This document shows, piece by piece, positions 40,473 through 50,298 of a DNA stretch of 64,000 nt; the stretch's first letter is position 1, and every line of letters starts with the position of its first letter. The stretch lies in the NCBI GenBank assembly GCA_038063735.1, contig JBBTUN010000004.1, positions 190,921 to 254,920 of the forward strand, in the 5' to 3' direction. The position numbers and the translations under genes are program-made. The stretch is from Patescibacteria group bacterium. Its GTDB lineage: Bacteria > Patescibacteriota > Microgenomatia > Curtissbacterales > GWA2-41-24. The notes beneath the pieces are model-generated. The model ran no database searches. It saw only the letters and a list, made by a program, of their open reading frames with translations, and had not been told where the DNA came from.

Positions 40473-41675
40473 ATGTGGCAAAAGATTAAAAACATTTACC
40501 ACTACTTGCAGGCGCTCATTTCTGCAATTTATTTTGGTTTTCCCTCAAAAAAATTAACCGTAATTGCCGTAACAGGCACAGACGGCAAAACGACAACCGT
40601 CAACATGATCCACCATATATTCACCGCTGCAGGTAAAAAAGTCTCGATGGTTTCTTCGATTGGTGCCCAAATCGGTGCAAAATCACAGGACACTGGTTAT
40701 CACGTATCTACCCCAAACCCTTGGCAGATTCAGGGTTTATTAAAGAAAGCGACAGACGAAAAATCAGATTATTTTGTGCTCGAAGCCACTTCTCATGGCC
40801 TTGACCAAAACAGACTGGCTTTTATCAAGATTCACACGGCTGTTATAACCAATATCTCCAGCGAGCATCTGGACTATCATAAGAACATCGAAAATTATTC
40901 TCTTGCCAAACTAAAACTGTTTAAAAATTGTCAAACTTCTATACTTAACAGAGACGACACCTATTTTGATGTTTTTAAAAAAGCAGCTCGGGGTAAAATA
41001 ATCACGTATTCGCAAATGCACTCGGCCGACATAAGCCCAAAAAATTTCCCGATCAATCTACAGGTAATAGGCACATACAACCTTGCAAATGCTCTTGCAG
41101 CATCAGCGGTAGCACAAACACTGGACATAAAAAAATCAGTCATCCTAAAATCACTTACCACCTTTAGCGGCATAAAGGGCAGAATGGAAAGCGTAGATTT
41201 GGGCCAAAACTTCACTGCGATTATCGATTTTGCCCATACTCCAAACGCACTCAAAGAAGCCCTTACTTCGCTCAAAAAACAATATCCCAAATCAAAAATA
41301 ACAGCCATGTTTGGGGCAGCTGGCCAAAGAGACAAATCAAAAAGACATACAATGGGTGCTCTCGCTGCAAAACTCGCAGATTTTACAGTTATAACCTCGG
41401 AAGATCCAAGAAGAGAAGATCCTGGAGAAATAGCCTTAGAAATAGCCTCAGGTTTTAGCGAATTTTCCAAAAAAGAAGAGAAAGACTACAAAATCATTTT
41501 AGACCGCAAAGAAGCAATCCACTGTGCGATCGAATCTGTAAAAGACAATGATGTGGTAGTGTTTTTTGGTAAAGGACACGAAAAAAGTATCTGTGTCGGC
41601 AAAACAGAAATTCCCTGGGACGAGTACAAAGAAGTAGAAAAAGCAATTAAAAGGAAGCTAAAAAATGGAAAATAA
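40473..41675 (+). CDS. murE: Mur ligase, UDP-MurNAc-L-Ala-D-Glu--diamino acid ligase (MurE-type, short form)
   Basis: VIAVTGTDGKTTT P-loop, Mur ligase middle and C-terminal domains; position after ftsI. Confidence 0.7.
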   Translation: MWQKIKNIYHYLQALISAIYFGFPSKKLTVIAVTGTDGKTTTVNMIHHIFTAAGKKVSMVSSIGAQIGAKSQDTGYHVSTPNPWQIQGLLKKATDEKSDYFVLEATSHGLDQNRLAFIKIHTAVITNISSEHLDYHKNIENYSLAKLKLFKNCQTSILNRDDTYFDVFKKAARGKIITYSQMHSADISPKNFPINLQVIGTYNLANALAASAVAQTLDIKKSVILKSLTTFSGIKGRMESVDLGQNFTAIIDFAHTPNALKEALTSLKKQYPKSKITAMFGAAGQRDKSKRHTMGALAAKLADFTVITSEDPRREDPGEIALEIASGFSEFSKKEEKDYKIILDRKEAIHCAIESVKDNDVVVFFGKGHEKSICVGKTEIPWDEYKEVEKAIKRKLKNGK

Positions 41676-43659
41676 TAATTTTGCTGCAATAATTCTCGCC
41701 GGCGGTGTCGGCAGGCGAATGAAATCCGCTCGGTCAAAAGTCCTACACCCGATTGGCGATAAACCCATGATTCAAAAAACAGTAGAGGTGGTCAAAAAAG
41801 CAAATCCAGCACAAATTATAGTTGTTGCAAATAAGCACAATTACAAAGAGCTCAAAGCGATTCTAAAAGGTGTTTCTATCGTAGTCCAAGAAAAGCCGCA
41901 AGGAACTGCAGATGCAGCTTTAATTGGCCTGGGTAGCCTTAATGTGAAAACGCACAGCACAGCCATTTTATACGGGGATGATACTGCCTTTTACAAACCC
42001 CAAACCATACTGGCAGTCTTTAAAGCGCATCGCGAGTCGGCATCGTCAATAACATTTGTTACCGTAAAAAAAACTACACCCTACGGTTTAGGCAGAATAG
42101 TAAGAAAAAACGGGGCTCTGGTCGCAATTGTGGAAGAAAAGGACGCATCAGAAAGCCAAAAAAAGATTACGGAGGTAAACGACGGGTTATATTTTTTCAA
42201 TACAAGATTTTTAGAAAAAAATATCCGTCTCCTTGCGCCATCAAGTGCAACAGGCGAGCTATATATCACAGACCTTATCGAGCTTGGACTTAATAAGAAA
42301 GAAAAAGTAGAAACTTTCTTACTCCAAGACGAAGACCAGTGGCATGGAATTAATACCCAAACAGAACTAATAAGAGCAAACCTGAGACTCAACAAACACA
42401 TTCATTTTATGGGTATCTCTGGAGCCGGAGCTGCAGCTTGCGCGGGTATTGCCTCCCAGCTTGGGAATGAAGTGACAGGTTGCGACGTAGAACCAAATTC
42501 ACCCTACATTAATAGAAAAAAAATAAAAGTACTCAAAAATCATGACCAGTCTCACGACAAAGGAATTTCGTGCCTAATTTTATCGCCGGCTGTAGAAAAA
42601 CTGGATTTTGCAAATCCGGAAATCATCGCCGCAAAAAAAGCGGGTATACCCGTTATTAGTTGGCAGCAATTTATGGGAGAAATACTTCAAGAAAACAAAT
42701 TCGTTGTGGCAGTTGCCGGTGGTTATGGAAAGTCTACAACCACAGCGATGATATCCAAAATCCTAATAGATGCAAAACTCGACCCAACATGCCAATTGGG
42801 TGCAAAAGTCCTGGATTGGAACTCAAACTTTATTGTAGGTAAATCTAAATACTTTATCTGTGAAGCAGACGAATACAATGATAATTTTTTAAATTATCAC
42901 CCCTACATCGCAATTGTACTCAATTTAGCCTGGGATCATCCTGACTACTTTAAGACAAAAAACGCACTTTACAACTCGTATGCAAATTTTGTAAATAATA
43001 CGCGCGAAAATGGCCTTTTGATAATAAATCCAAAAAGCTACCAAAAACTGAAAGACAAAATACGAAAAGATATAAAGATTCGCTTCATTGAAGAATTTAA
43101 CATTAGAAACCTAAAAATAATTGGAAACTTTAGAAAAGAAAACGCAAATGCCGCGCTAAGCGTAGCAAAAGCGCTAAATTTGGGCTTAAAAGGCGCCATA
43201 AAGTCAGTCCAGACATTTAACGGTCTTGGTAGAAGATTAGAATTTAAAGGCAAAATCGCAAACACCACGTTTTACGACGATTACGCTGTCCAACCTTATA
43301 CAATCCTAAAAACCGCTAATGCGATTAAAGAAAAATTTAGCAAAAACAGAACATTGTTAGTGTTGGAACCACATACCTATAGTAGAGTAAATAAATACCT
43401 CAAAGAATTTATTCGGGCATTAAGGAACACAAAAGTTGATCGAGTACTAATAACCAACACTTTTGCGGCCAGAGAAAAAGGGGATTCTATCAAGACATCA
43501 AAAAATCTGGTGAAACTTGTTGGTAATAAAGCCACATATACGGGTACAATTCAAAATACAGCTGCCATTATCGGCAGACAACTAAAAGACTATGATTTAG
43601 TTTGTTCCATGGGCGCAGGCGACATCTATAAAATATACGATCTTGTTAAAAATGGATAA
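41665..43659 (+). CDS. murC: Fusion protein: GlmU-type N-terminal UDP-GlcNAc pyrophosphorylase domain (~aa 1-245, no LbH acetyltransferase domain) fused in frame to full-length UDP-N-acetylmuramate--L-alanine ligase MurC (~aa 246-664)
   Basis: N: AAIILAGGVGRRM...KVLHPIGDKPM, QGTADAAL, YGDDT, PYGLGRIVRKNG, EEKDASESQKKITEVNDG, GELYITD. C: HIHFMGISGAGAAACAGIA, NPEIIAAKKAGIPVI, VAVAGGYGKSTTTAM, EADEYN, GLGRRLEF, DDYAVQP, EPHTYSR. No stop between the two parts. Confidence 0.8.
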   Translation: MENNNFAAIILAGGVGRRMKSARSKVLHPIGDKPMIQKTVEVVKKANPAQIIVVANKHNYKELKAILKGVSIVVQEKPQGTADAALIGLGSLNVKTHSTAILYGDDTAFYKPQTILAVFKAHRESASSITFVTVKKTTPYGLGRIVRKNGALVAIVEEKDASESQKKITEVNDGLYFFNTRFLEKNIRLLAPSSATGELYITDLIELGLNKKEKVETFLLQDEDQWHGINTQTELIRANLRLNKHIHFMGISGAGAAACAGIASQLGNEVTGCDVEPNSPYINRKKIKVLKNHDQSHDKGISCLILSPAVEKLDFANPEIIAAKKAGIPVISWQQFMGEILQENKFVVAVAGGYGKSTTTAMISKILIDAKLDPTCQLGAKVLDWNSNFIVGKSKYFICEADEYNDNFLNYHPYIAIVLNLAWDHPDYFKTKNALYNSYANFVNNTRENGLLIINPKSYQKLKDKIRKDIKIRFIEEFNIRNLKIIGNFRKENANAALSVAKALNLGLKGAIKSVQTFNGLGRRLEFKGKIANTTFYDDYAVQPYTILKTANAIKEKFSKNRTLLVLEPHTYSRVNKYLKEFIRALRNTKVDRVLITNTFAAREKGDSIKTSKNLVKLVGNKATYTGTIQNTAAIIGRQLKDYDLVCSMGAGDIYKIYDLVKNG

Positions 43660-44647
43660 ATACGAAAAGTTCAAAGAAATACTTGGTCCACTGCGGGTCT
43701 ACGAAAACGAATTGTTGTCAAAACACACTTATTTTAAAATTGGCGGCCCGGCCAAATTATTTTTTGAAGCAAAAAACATCGATGACCTTCTTCTTGCTCT
43801 TCGTACTGCAACAGATCACAAAATACCGTTTATTGTACTTGGAGCAGGGGCGAATGTGTTAGTGTCCGACGATGGGTTTGGAGGCCTGGTTATAAGAAAC
43901 AGAACAGATGGCGTGAAACTTGTTGGTATCAAGGGCTCACTAGGTAAAGGTGGAACCGGTATAAATAAAGCACTTATCTGGGCAGCATCTGGCACTCTCA
44001 TGAATAGAATTGCACGCTTCACCATCGACCAGGGGTTAGAAGGTTTAGAATTTTTACTGTCCGTTCCGGGTACCGTTGGCGGCGGTATAAAAATTAATTC
44101 CCACTACGAAGTAGAAAAAGGGGAGTTTATCGGCAACGCACTTGTAAGTGCAACTCTTTTTGACCCGAAAAGTGCCCAGGTTAAAAAAGTTGACAACGAC
44201 TACTTCAAATTTGCTTACGACTACTCCAGAATTCAGGAAACAGAAGAAATAGTAGTTGATGCCACTTTTGGTGTCCAGTCGTCAAAGGACAAAGATAATC
44301 TTTGGCAAAAGGCAACAAACGACGTAAAAAGAAGGAACGAAGAACAACCTGTTGGTGTGGCTTGCTCAGGATGCATATTCCAAAACATTTCACCCCAAGA
44401 TGCCCAAAGGCTGGATACTCCAAATTACACAACTTCAACAGGCCACATAATCGAAAGACTTGGTCTAAAAGGAAAAAGAATCGGTGGTGCAGAAATATCG
44501 ACGCGTCATGCTAATTATATCCTTAATACCAAAGAAGCTTCGGCAAAGAATGTCTACGATCTGATAAACTTAATTAAAGATAAAGCTAAAAGCGATTTGG
44601 GGCTCGAACTTAAAGAAGAAATATTCTTAATAGGTAACTTTAACTAA
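43643..44647 (+). CDS. murB: UDP-N-acetylenolpyruvoylglucosamine reductase MurB
   Basis: FAD-binding N-terminus YTYFKIGGPAKLFFEAKNIDDL; ~330 aa. Confidence 0.85.
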   Translation: MLKMDKYEKFKEILGPLRVYENELLSKHTYFKIGGPAKLFFEAKNIDDLLLALRTATDHKIPFIVLGAGANVLVSDDGFGGLVIRNRTDGVKLVGIKGSLGKGGTGINKALIWAASGTLMNRIARFTIDQGLEGLEFLLSVPGTVGGGIKINSHYEVEKGEFIGNALVSATLFDPKSAQVKKVDNDYFKFAYDYSRIQETEEIVVDATFGVQSSKDKDNLWQKATNDVKRRNEEQPVGVACSGCIFQNISPQDAQRLDTPNYTTSTGHIIERLGLKGKRIGGAEISTRHANYILNTKEASAKNVYDLINLIKDKAKSDLGLELKEEIFLIGNFN

Positions 44648-44649
44648 TA

Positions 44650-45906
44650 ATGGCTAAATTCATTGTCAAAGGTCACGCAAAATTGTCCGGCAAAATAGAA
44701 ATTGCCGGTAATAAGAATTCTGTCCTGCCAATCATGGCAGCAGCCCTGCTAACAGACCAAATTAGTGTTCTTGAAAATGTGCCCAATATTTCCGATGTAG
44801 CCGTAATGGCAGACTTGCTGGCCCAGTGCGGTGTAGAAATAATAAATCTTGGTAACTCAAAAATTAGCATTAACCCATCCAAATTAAAAAAATCCGATTT
44901 GCCAAGGGAACTTGCAGAAAAGTTGCGCGCCTCTGTTGTTTTAATTGCGCCCATGGTTGCAAAACTCGGTCACATTAAAATGGGTTATCCCGGCGGAGAT
45001 ATTATTGGTAGACGTCCATTGGATACACACTTTCAGGCGCTTGAGGCATTAGGTGCCAAAATAAAGAAAGAAGAAGACTATTTTGAGGTAACGGCAAGCG
45101 CCTTAAGAGGTGCGGAAATATTTTTAGAAGAAGCGTCCGTTACTGCTACAGAAAACGCTATTATTGCAGCTTCAGTGGCCGACGGGGAAACTGTTATCAA
45201 AAGAGCCGCATCGGAGCCGCATATTGTTGACCTCTGCGAATTTTTAATTAAAATGGGTGCAAAAATCGAAGGAGTTGGTAGCAACGTCTTAAAAATAACT
45301 GGAGTTAAGACTTTTTATGCCACAACGCATTTTATTAGACCGGACCACATAGAAGCAGGAACTTTTGCAATCCTTGCAGCAGTCACTAAAAGCAAATTAG
45401 AAATGAGTCCGGTTATTGGGGAAGACTTGGAAATGATTCTTTTAACACTCAAGAAATTTGGTGTCGATTGCAAAATGGACAAGAACACTCTTACCGTTTC
45501 CGCAACTAAGCTCAGAGCTGTAGAAAAAGTAGTAACAGATGTCTGGCCCGGTTTTCCAACAGACCTAATGGCCCCCATGATAGTTCTTGCAACACAGGCG
45601 GAAGGTGTTACTATTCTTCACGATTGGATGTACGAGTCCCGCATGTTTTTCGTGGACAAGCTGCTTTCTATGGGCGCAAAAGTTGTAATTGCTGACCCAC
45701 ATAGAGTTTTTGTTTACGGCCCAAGTAGTCTCCATGGACAAAGACTGGACACTCCGGATATCAGGGCAGGCATTGCATTGGTAATTGCAGCGCTTGCCGC
45801 CGATGGCAAAAGCGAAATAGACAAAGCAGAGCTAATAGAACGCGGTTACGAAAATATAGTCGAGAGGCTGTCTACACTTGGCGCAAAGATTCAAAGAGTG
45901 AACTAA
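44650..45906 (+). CDS. murA: UDP-N-acetylglucosamine 1-carboxyvinyltransferase MurA
   Basis: MAKFIVKGHAKLSGKIEIAGNKNSVLPIMAAALL N-terminus; 418 aa. Confidence 0.9.
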   Translation: MAKFIVKGHAKLSGKIEIAGNKNSVLPIMAAALLTDQISVLENVPNISDVAVMADLLAQCGVEIINLGNSKISINPSKLKKSDLPRELAEKLRASVVLIAPMVAKLGHIKMGYPGGDIIGRRPLDTHFQALEALGAKIKKEEDYFEVTASALRGAEIFLEEASVTATENAIIAASVADGETVIKRAASEPHIVDLCEFLIKMGAKIEGVGSNVLKITGVKTFYATTHFIRPDHIEAGTFAILAAVTKSKLEMSPVIGEDLEMILLTLKKFGVDCKMDKNTLTVSATKLRAVEKVVTDVWPGFPTDLMAPMIVLATQAEGVTILHDWMYESRMFFVDKLLSMGAKVVIADPHRVFVYGPSSLHGQRLDTPDIRAGIALVIAALAADGKSEIDKAELIERGYENIVERLSTLGAKIQRVN

Positions 45907-45916
45907 AGCATAACAA

Positions 45917-46864
45917 GTGAACAAGTTAAACGTAGCAGTACTTTTTGGCGGGCAATCGCAGGAGCGCGCCATATCCGTTATCTCAGGCACAGAAGTTGTA
46001 AAAAACCTAAATAAAAAAAAATACAATGTTTTCCCGGTCAAAATTGAAAAAGATGGCATAATTTGGAAATACAAAAATAAAAGAACCTCAGATTACTACG
46101 CCCTACTCCACGGTCTCAAAATAGATATTGTGTTTATCGCCATGCATGGCCCATTTGGTGAGGATGGTACCATTCAGGGTTTACTTGAGTTAATAGGGCT
46201 AAAGTACACAGGTTCAGGCATTCTAGCCTCATCTCTTGCAATAAACAAAATATACTCGAAACAATTATTTACTCAAGTAAGATTGACCGTGCCAAAGGGT
46301 TTTCATCTCACAAAAGGCCAACCAATACCAAAAAAATTGGAGTACCCCTTATTCGTAAAACCTTTTAATCAAGGGTCATCGATTGGAACTTCAAAAGTAA
46401 CTAACTCAAAAGGCCTAGAAAAAGCATTTAAAAATGCGTTTTCTTATTCGGATAAAATATTGGTCGAAGAATTCATAGCAGGAGTCGAAGTAACCTGCGC
46501 AATACTAGGCAATAATAGTCCAATGGTCCTGCCCTTAGTTGAAATAGTGCCCAGATACGAATATTTTGATTTTAAATCAAAATACGACCCAAAAAGAGTT
46601 CAAGAAATATGCCCGGCAAGAATAAATGATAAATTAACAAAAAAAGTTCAACAAGCAGCCGTTGCTGCTTATAAAGTTTTAGGATGCAGAAGCTTAGGAA
46701 GAGTAGATATGATTATTAAAAACAACCAAGTATTTGTTCTAGAGATGCAAACAATTCCAGGATTAACGCCGCTCTCTTTACTCCCTAAAGCGGCACTTGC
46801 TGCCGGCATCGATTATCCTAAGTTGTTAGATAAGATAATTGAATATTCATTCAATGATAAATAA
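45917..46864 (+). CDS. ddl: D-alanine--D-alanine ligase
   Basis: VAVLFGGQSQERAISVISG N-terminus; ATP-grasp C-terminal domain; ~315 aa. Confidence 0.85.
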   Translation: MNKLNVAVLFGGQSQERAISVISGTEVVKNLNKKKYNVFPVKIEKDGIIWKYKNKRTSDYYALLHGLKIDIVFIAMHGPFGEDGTIQGLLELIGLKYTGSGILASSLAINKIYSKQLFTQVRLTVPKGFHLTKGQPIPKKLEYPLFVKPFNQGSSIGTSKVTNSKGLEKAFKNAFSYSDKILVEEFIAGVEVTCAILGNNSPMVLPLVEIVPRYEYFDFKSKYDPKRVQEICPARINDKLTKKVQQAAVAAYKVLGCRSLGRVDMIIKNNQVFVLEMQTIPGLTPLSLLPKAALAAGIDYPKLLDKIIEYSFNDK

Positions 46865-46958
46865 TATTAAAAAATTACTTGGAAAAAGTTATTATCCCTA
46901 GAACGAAATCGAAATAAGCCAGGGAGCGCTCAAGCGTAATTATAATTTTTTATCCCAA

Positions 46959-47981
46959 ATGGCTGCTCCCCTAAAGGTTGCCCCTGTTGTTAAAAGTAAT
47001 GCATACGGGCATGGTATCGAGCTTGTAGGCAGTGTACTGGACTCATGTAATCCACCGTTTTTTTGCGTTGACAGCCTGTTTGAGGCCTATCAACTAAAAA
47101 ATTCCGGGATAAACTCCGAAATCCTGGTAATGGGGTTTGTCGATGCCAGAAACATACAAGTAAAAAAACTGCCTTTTGCCTATACCGTTTTTGATCTCGA
47201 TTTTGCAAAAGCGCTTAACAGATACCAACCGGGTGCAAAAGTTCATATAAAGGTTGACACAGGTATGAACAGATTAGGTGTCTCAACAAAAAATTTGCCA
47301 AATTTCCTGGATGAGATTAGGAAATTAAAAAAAGTTAAAGTTGTGGGTTTAATGTCGCACCTTGCCTCCGCAAATAGCTCAAAAGCTCAAACAAACTCAC
47401 AAATGCAATCCTTTAAAGACGCAAGAAAAATCGTCCACCAAAAGTCGCTCGACCCTAAATGGTTTCATGTTGCAGCGTCTGACGGGCTTTTTAATATAAA
47501 TAAGAAGGTTCTTGGCACCGTATCAAATTTAACTCGGGTTGGAATAGCTTTATACGGCGCCGATGAATATGGAAAAACTACCCCGGTATTAAAGTTAACT
47601 TCTAAAATAGTCCAAATAAAAGACATCCAAAAAGGCGGGAAGGTTGGATATGACGGAACCTACCGTGCGCCGTCTCCTTTAAAGATTGCTCTGTTACCAA
47701 TTGGTTATAACGATGGACTCGATAGACGCTTGTCGCAAATAGGAGTCCTGTCCTACAAAAACAATAAATGTAAGATATTGGGCAGGATAAGCATGAATAT
47801 AACTGCTGTTGACATATCAGACATTAAACGGTCAAAAATTGGAGACGAGATTACTGTAATTTCTAACAAACCTGGAAATTTTAACAGTGTGAATAAACTT
47901 GCTCGAATCTGTTCAACGATCCCGCATGACCTGCTTGTACGCTTACACGCAAAATCAATTCGCAGAACATTAGCCCCATAG
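46959..47981 (+). CDS. alr: Alanine racemase (coordinates from first in-frame ATG; the true N-terminus appears to lie upstream in another frame, see findings)
   Basis: PLP-lysine motif VAPVVKSNAYGHG only 12 aa after the ATG; C-terminal beta-domain present. Confidence 0.75.
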   Translation: MAAPLKVAPVVKSNAYGHGIELVGSVLDSCNPPFFCVDSLFEAYQLKNSGINSEILVMGFVDARNIQVKKLPFAYTVFDLDFAKALNRYQPGAKVHIKVDTGMNRLGVSTKNLPNFLDEIRKLKKVKVVGLMSHLASANSSKAQTNSQMQSFKDARKIVHQKSLDPKWFHVAASDGLFNINKKVLGTVSNLTRVGIALYGADEYGKTTPVLKLTSKIVQIKDIQKGGKVGYDGTYRAPSPLKIALLPIGYNDGLDRRLSQIGVLSYKNNKCKILGRISMNITAVDISDIKRSKIGDEITVISNKPGNFNSVNKLARICSTIPHDLLVRLHAKSIRRTLAP

Positions 47982-47982
47982 T

Positions 47983-48011
47983 TTGATTAGTTAGCCTTTT
48001 TGGCTTATAAT
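47983..48011 (+). promoter_or_regulatory. Sigma70-type promoter candidate upstream of murF
   Basis: TTGATT (47983-47988), 17-nt spacer, TATAAT (48006-48011). Confidence 0.45.
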
Positions 48012-48061
48012 TTAGCATAAATTACATGAACGAAGTGAATTTAATCAAGCTTTAAACAACC

Positions 48062-49261
48062 ATGAACTTGCAGCTTTACGGTGAGGTAAAGAGTTGGAAG
48101 AAGCCCATACATAAATCCAAAATGGCACTCGCCCGTGCCTATTTAAAACTATTATCAAATGTTGAAATAATAGGTATTGCCGGCAGTGTCGGCAAGACCT
48201 TAACCCAGAATGCAGTTCATTCAGTTCTATCCCAAAAATTTCCTACAGTAGTCGGAGAAGAGAATCTCGACCCCACTTTTAGAATTCCCCAGACAATCCT
48301 AAAAACCAAACCATGGCACAAATACATGATTCTGGAGTACGGCATAGAACACCCCGGAGAAATGGATTACTACACACAACTTGTGACTCCAAAATACGCC
48401 TTACTCACCATAATCTCGCCGGAACACACCAGGTATTTTGAAAATATCCAGGGTGTTTTAAATGAAGAGTCCAAAATTATAATAAATCTACCAAAAAGCG
48501 CTTATGCACTACTCAATGCGGACGACCCCTATGCGCACCAAATATCAAAGTTGTCCAAGGCAACAGTAGTCTGGTTTGGCCAAAGAGCCAAAAGGGGAGT
48601 CAAAATTTCTCATTATAAACAAAATCTGCACGGCGCATCCTTTAGAATGCATTATGGTGGAGAGGTAGCGGTTGTCAAATGGAAGGTAATCGGACATCAT
48701 CAGCTTACATCAGCATACGCCGCAGCAACACTAGGTATTTTATCCGGTCTAACTCTAAAGCAAATTGCCAAAGGATTATCAGGGGTAAAATCGCCCGAAC
48801 ACAGGTTAAATTTAAAAATTACCGAGCACGTCAACATTCTGGACGATACCTACAACTCCTCTCCAAAAGCCGCTCTGGAATCAATTAAAACTCTCGTCGA
48901 AGTTGGCAAAGGTAAAAAGAAGGTGGCGGTTTTAGGCGAGATGAGGGATTTGGGAGGCTTGTCAGAATCGGCGCACACAGAACTGGGCGAACAAATTGCC
49001 AAAACTAGAATAAATTATTTGTTAACCGTAGGCAAAATCGCCGGCCTCATATCAATCTCCGCCAAAAAAGCGGGTTTCAAGGGTAAAATTTTAAATGTAA
49101 AAAACACCAAAGAAACACTTGTTAACCTAAAAAGCTACATTTCTCCCAAAGCAGTTTTTTTAATAAAAGGTTCCAGGCACGAGCACCTTGAAAGAATCGT
49201 TTTGGGCCTAACACACAAGTCAACAGCCATTGAATGTTATCACTGCGGAAAGCTAAAATGA
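48062..49261 (+). CDS. murF: Mur ligase, UDP-MurNAc-tripeptide--D-Ala-D-Ala ligase (MurF-type, short form)
   Basis: IIGIAGSVGKTLT P-loop; Mur ligase catalytic and C-terminal domains; precedes mraY as in the canonical dcw order. Confidence 0.7.
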   Translation: MNLQLYGEVKSWKKPIHKSKMALARAYLKLLSNVEIIGIAGSVGKTLTQNAVHSVLSQKFPTVVGEENLDPTFRIPQTILKTKPWHKYMILEYGIEHPGEMDYYTQLVTPKYALLTIISPEHTRYFENIQGVLNEESKIIINLPKSAYALLNADDPYAHQISKLSKATVVWFGQRAKRGVKISHYKQNLHGASFRMHYGGEVAVVKWKVIGHHQLTSAYAAATLGILSGLTLKQIAKGLSGVKSPEHRLNLKITEHVNILDDTYNSSPKAALESIKTLVEVGKGKKKVAVLGEMRDLGGLSESAHTELGEQIAKTRINYLLTVGKIAGLISISAKKAGFKGKILNVKNTKETLVNLKSYISPKAVFLIKGSRHEHLERIVLGLTHKSTAIECYHCGKLK

Positions 49262-49265
49262 AGGT

Positions 49266-50297
49266 ATGGTTCAAACACTTGGTTTAGTCCTTCTGTCCTT
49301 TGTAATTATAAGCGTTCTACTTGTACCTTTCATCAACCTTCTTTACAAAATTAGATTCCAAAGGCAATACCAAAAAACAAGAGACATGTTCGAGGTAAGG
49401 ACACCCATCTTTGATAAATATCACGCGCACAAAGCAGGAACACCGGTAGGTGGCGGTGCACTGATAATTTTTGTTGTCACACTACTGTATATTTTTGTGA
49501 CCGGCCTTATGCCGTATTTTGGCATAGAAAGAACATCGGTTTATCCATTCGACAAAGAAGTACAAATCCTGCTCTACACGTTTCTTTCTTTTGGCGCCCT
49601 AGGGCTTTACGACGACGTTCGTAAAACTTTTGGCTTCAAAAGAACAAGTTTTTGGGGGTTAAGGTTTAGATATAAATTTGTCGCGCAGTGGATCCTGGCG
49701 CTTGTTATATCGCTCGCCCTGTATTATTCGCTGGGAATAAGCATACTAAACGTAAGATATTTCGGCGTAATTGATCTCGGAATATTTTATATACCTTTTG
49801 CAGCCTTTGTAATTGTTGCCTTCACAAACGCGGTAAATATTTCAGATGGCCTGGACGGTCTTGCCTCCGGACTTCTGCTGATATGCATATCGGCATTTTT
49901 GATAATCTCTGCAGCCATTTTGGATACCACATTATCGGTTTTCTTAAGTCTTTGGATAGGAGCATTAATTGCCTTTTTATACTTTAATGTTTGGCCGGCG
50001 CGAATAATTCTTGGCGACGTTGGCGCACTTTCTTTTGGGGCCACACTGGCTGTTGCTGGCTTGCTTCTTGGAAAACCGATTGCCCTGGGTTTTATTGGCG
50101 GAATGTTCGTTGTAGAAGTCGCCTCTTCACTTATTCAATTACTGTCAAAAAAACTAAGAGGCAAAAAAGTTTTTGAAGTAGCCCCGCTTCACTTATGGGT
50201 TCAAAACAAAGGTTGGCAGGAACCCAAAATTGTCTTTCGGTTTTGGCTGGCCCAATTAATGCTTGCAATACTTGGGCTCTGGTTGTCATTTTTTTAA
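49266..50297 (+). CDS. mraY: Phospho-N-acetylmuramoyl-pentapeptide transferase MraY
   Basis: NAVNISDGLDGLASG signature; 10 TM helices. Confidence 0.9.
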   Translation: MVQTLGLVLLSFVIISVLLVPFINLLYKIRFQRQYQKTRDMFEVRTPIFDKYHAHKAGTPVGGGALIIFVVTLLYIFVTGLMPYFGIERTSVYPFDKEVQILLYTFLSFGALGLYDDVRKTFGFKRTSFWGLRFRYKFVAQWILALVISLALYYSLGISILNVRYFGVIDLGIFYIPFAAFVIVAFTNAVNISDGLDGLASGLLLICISAFLIISAAILDTTLSVFLSLWIGALIAFLYFNVWPARIILGDVGALSFGATLAVAGLLLGKPIALGFIGGMFVVEVASSLIQLLSKKLRGKKVFEVAPLHLWVQNKGWQEPKIVFRFWLAQLMLAILGLWLSFF

Positions 50298-50298
50298 T

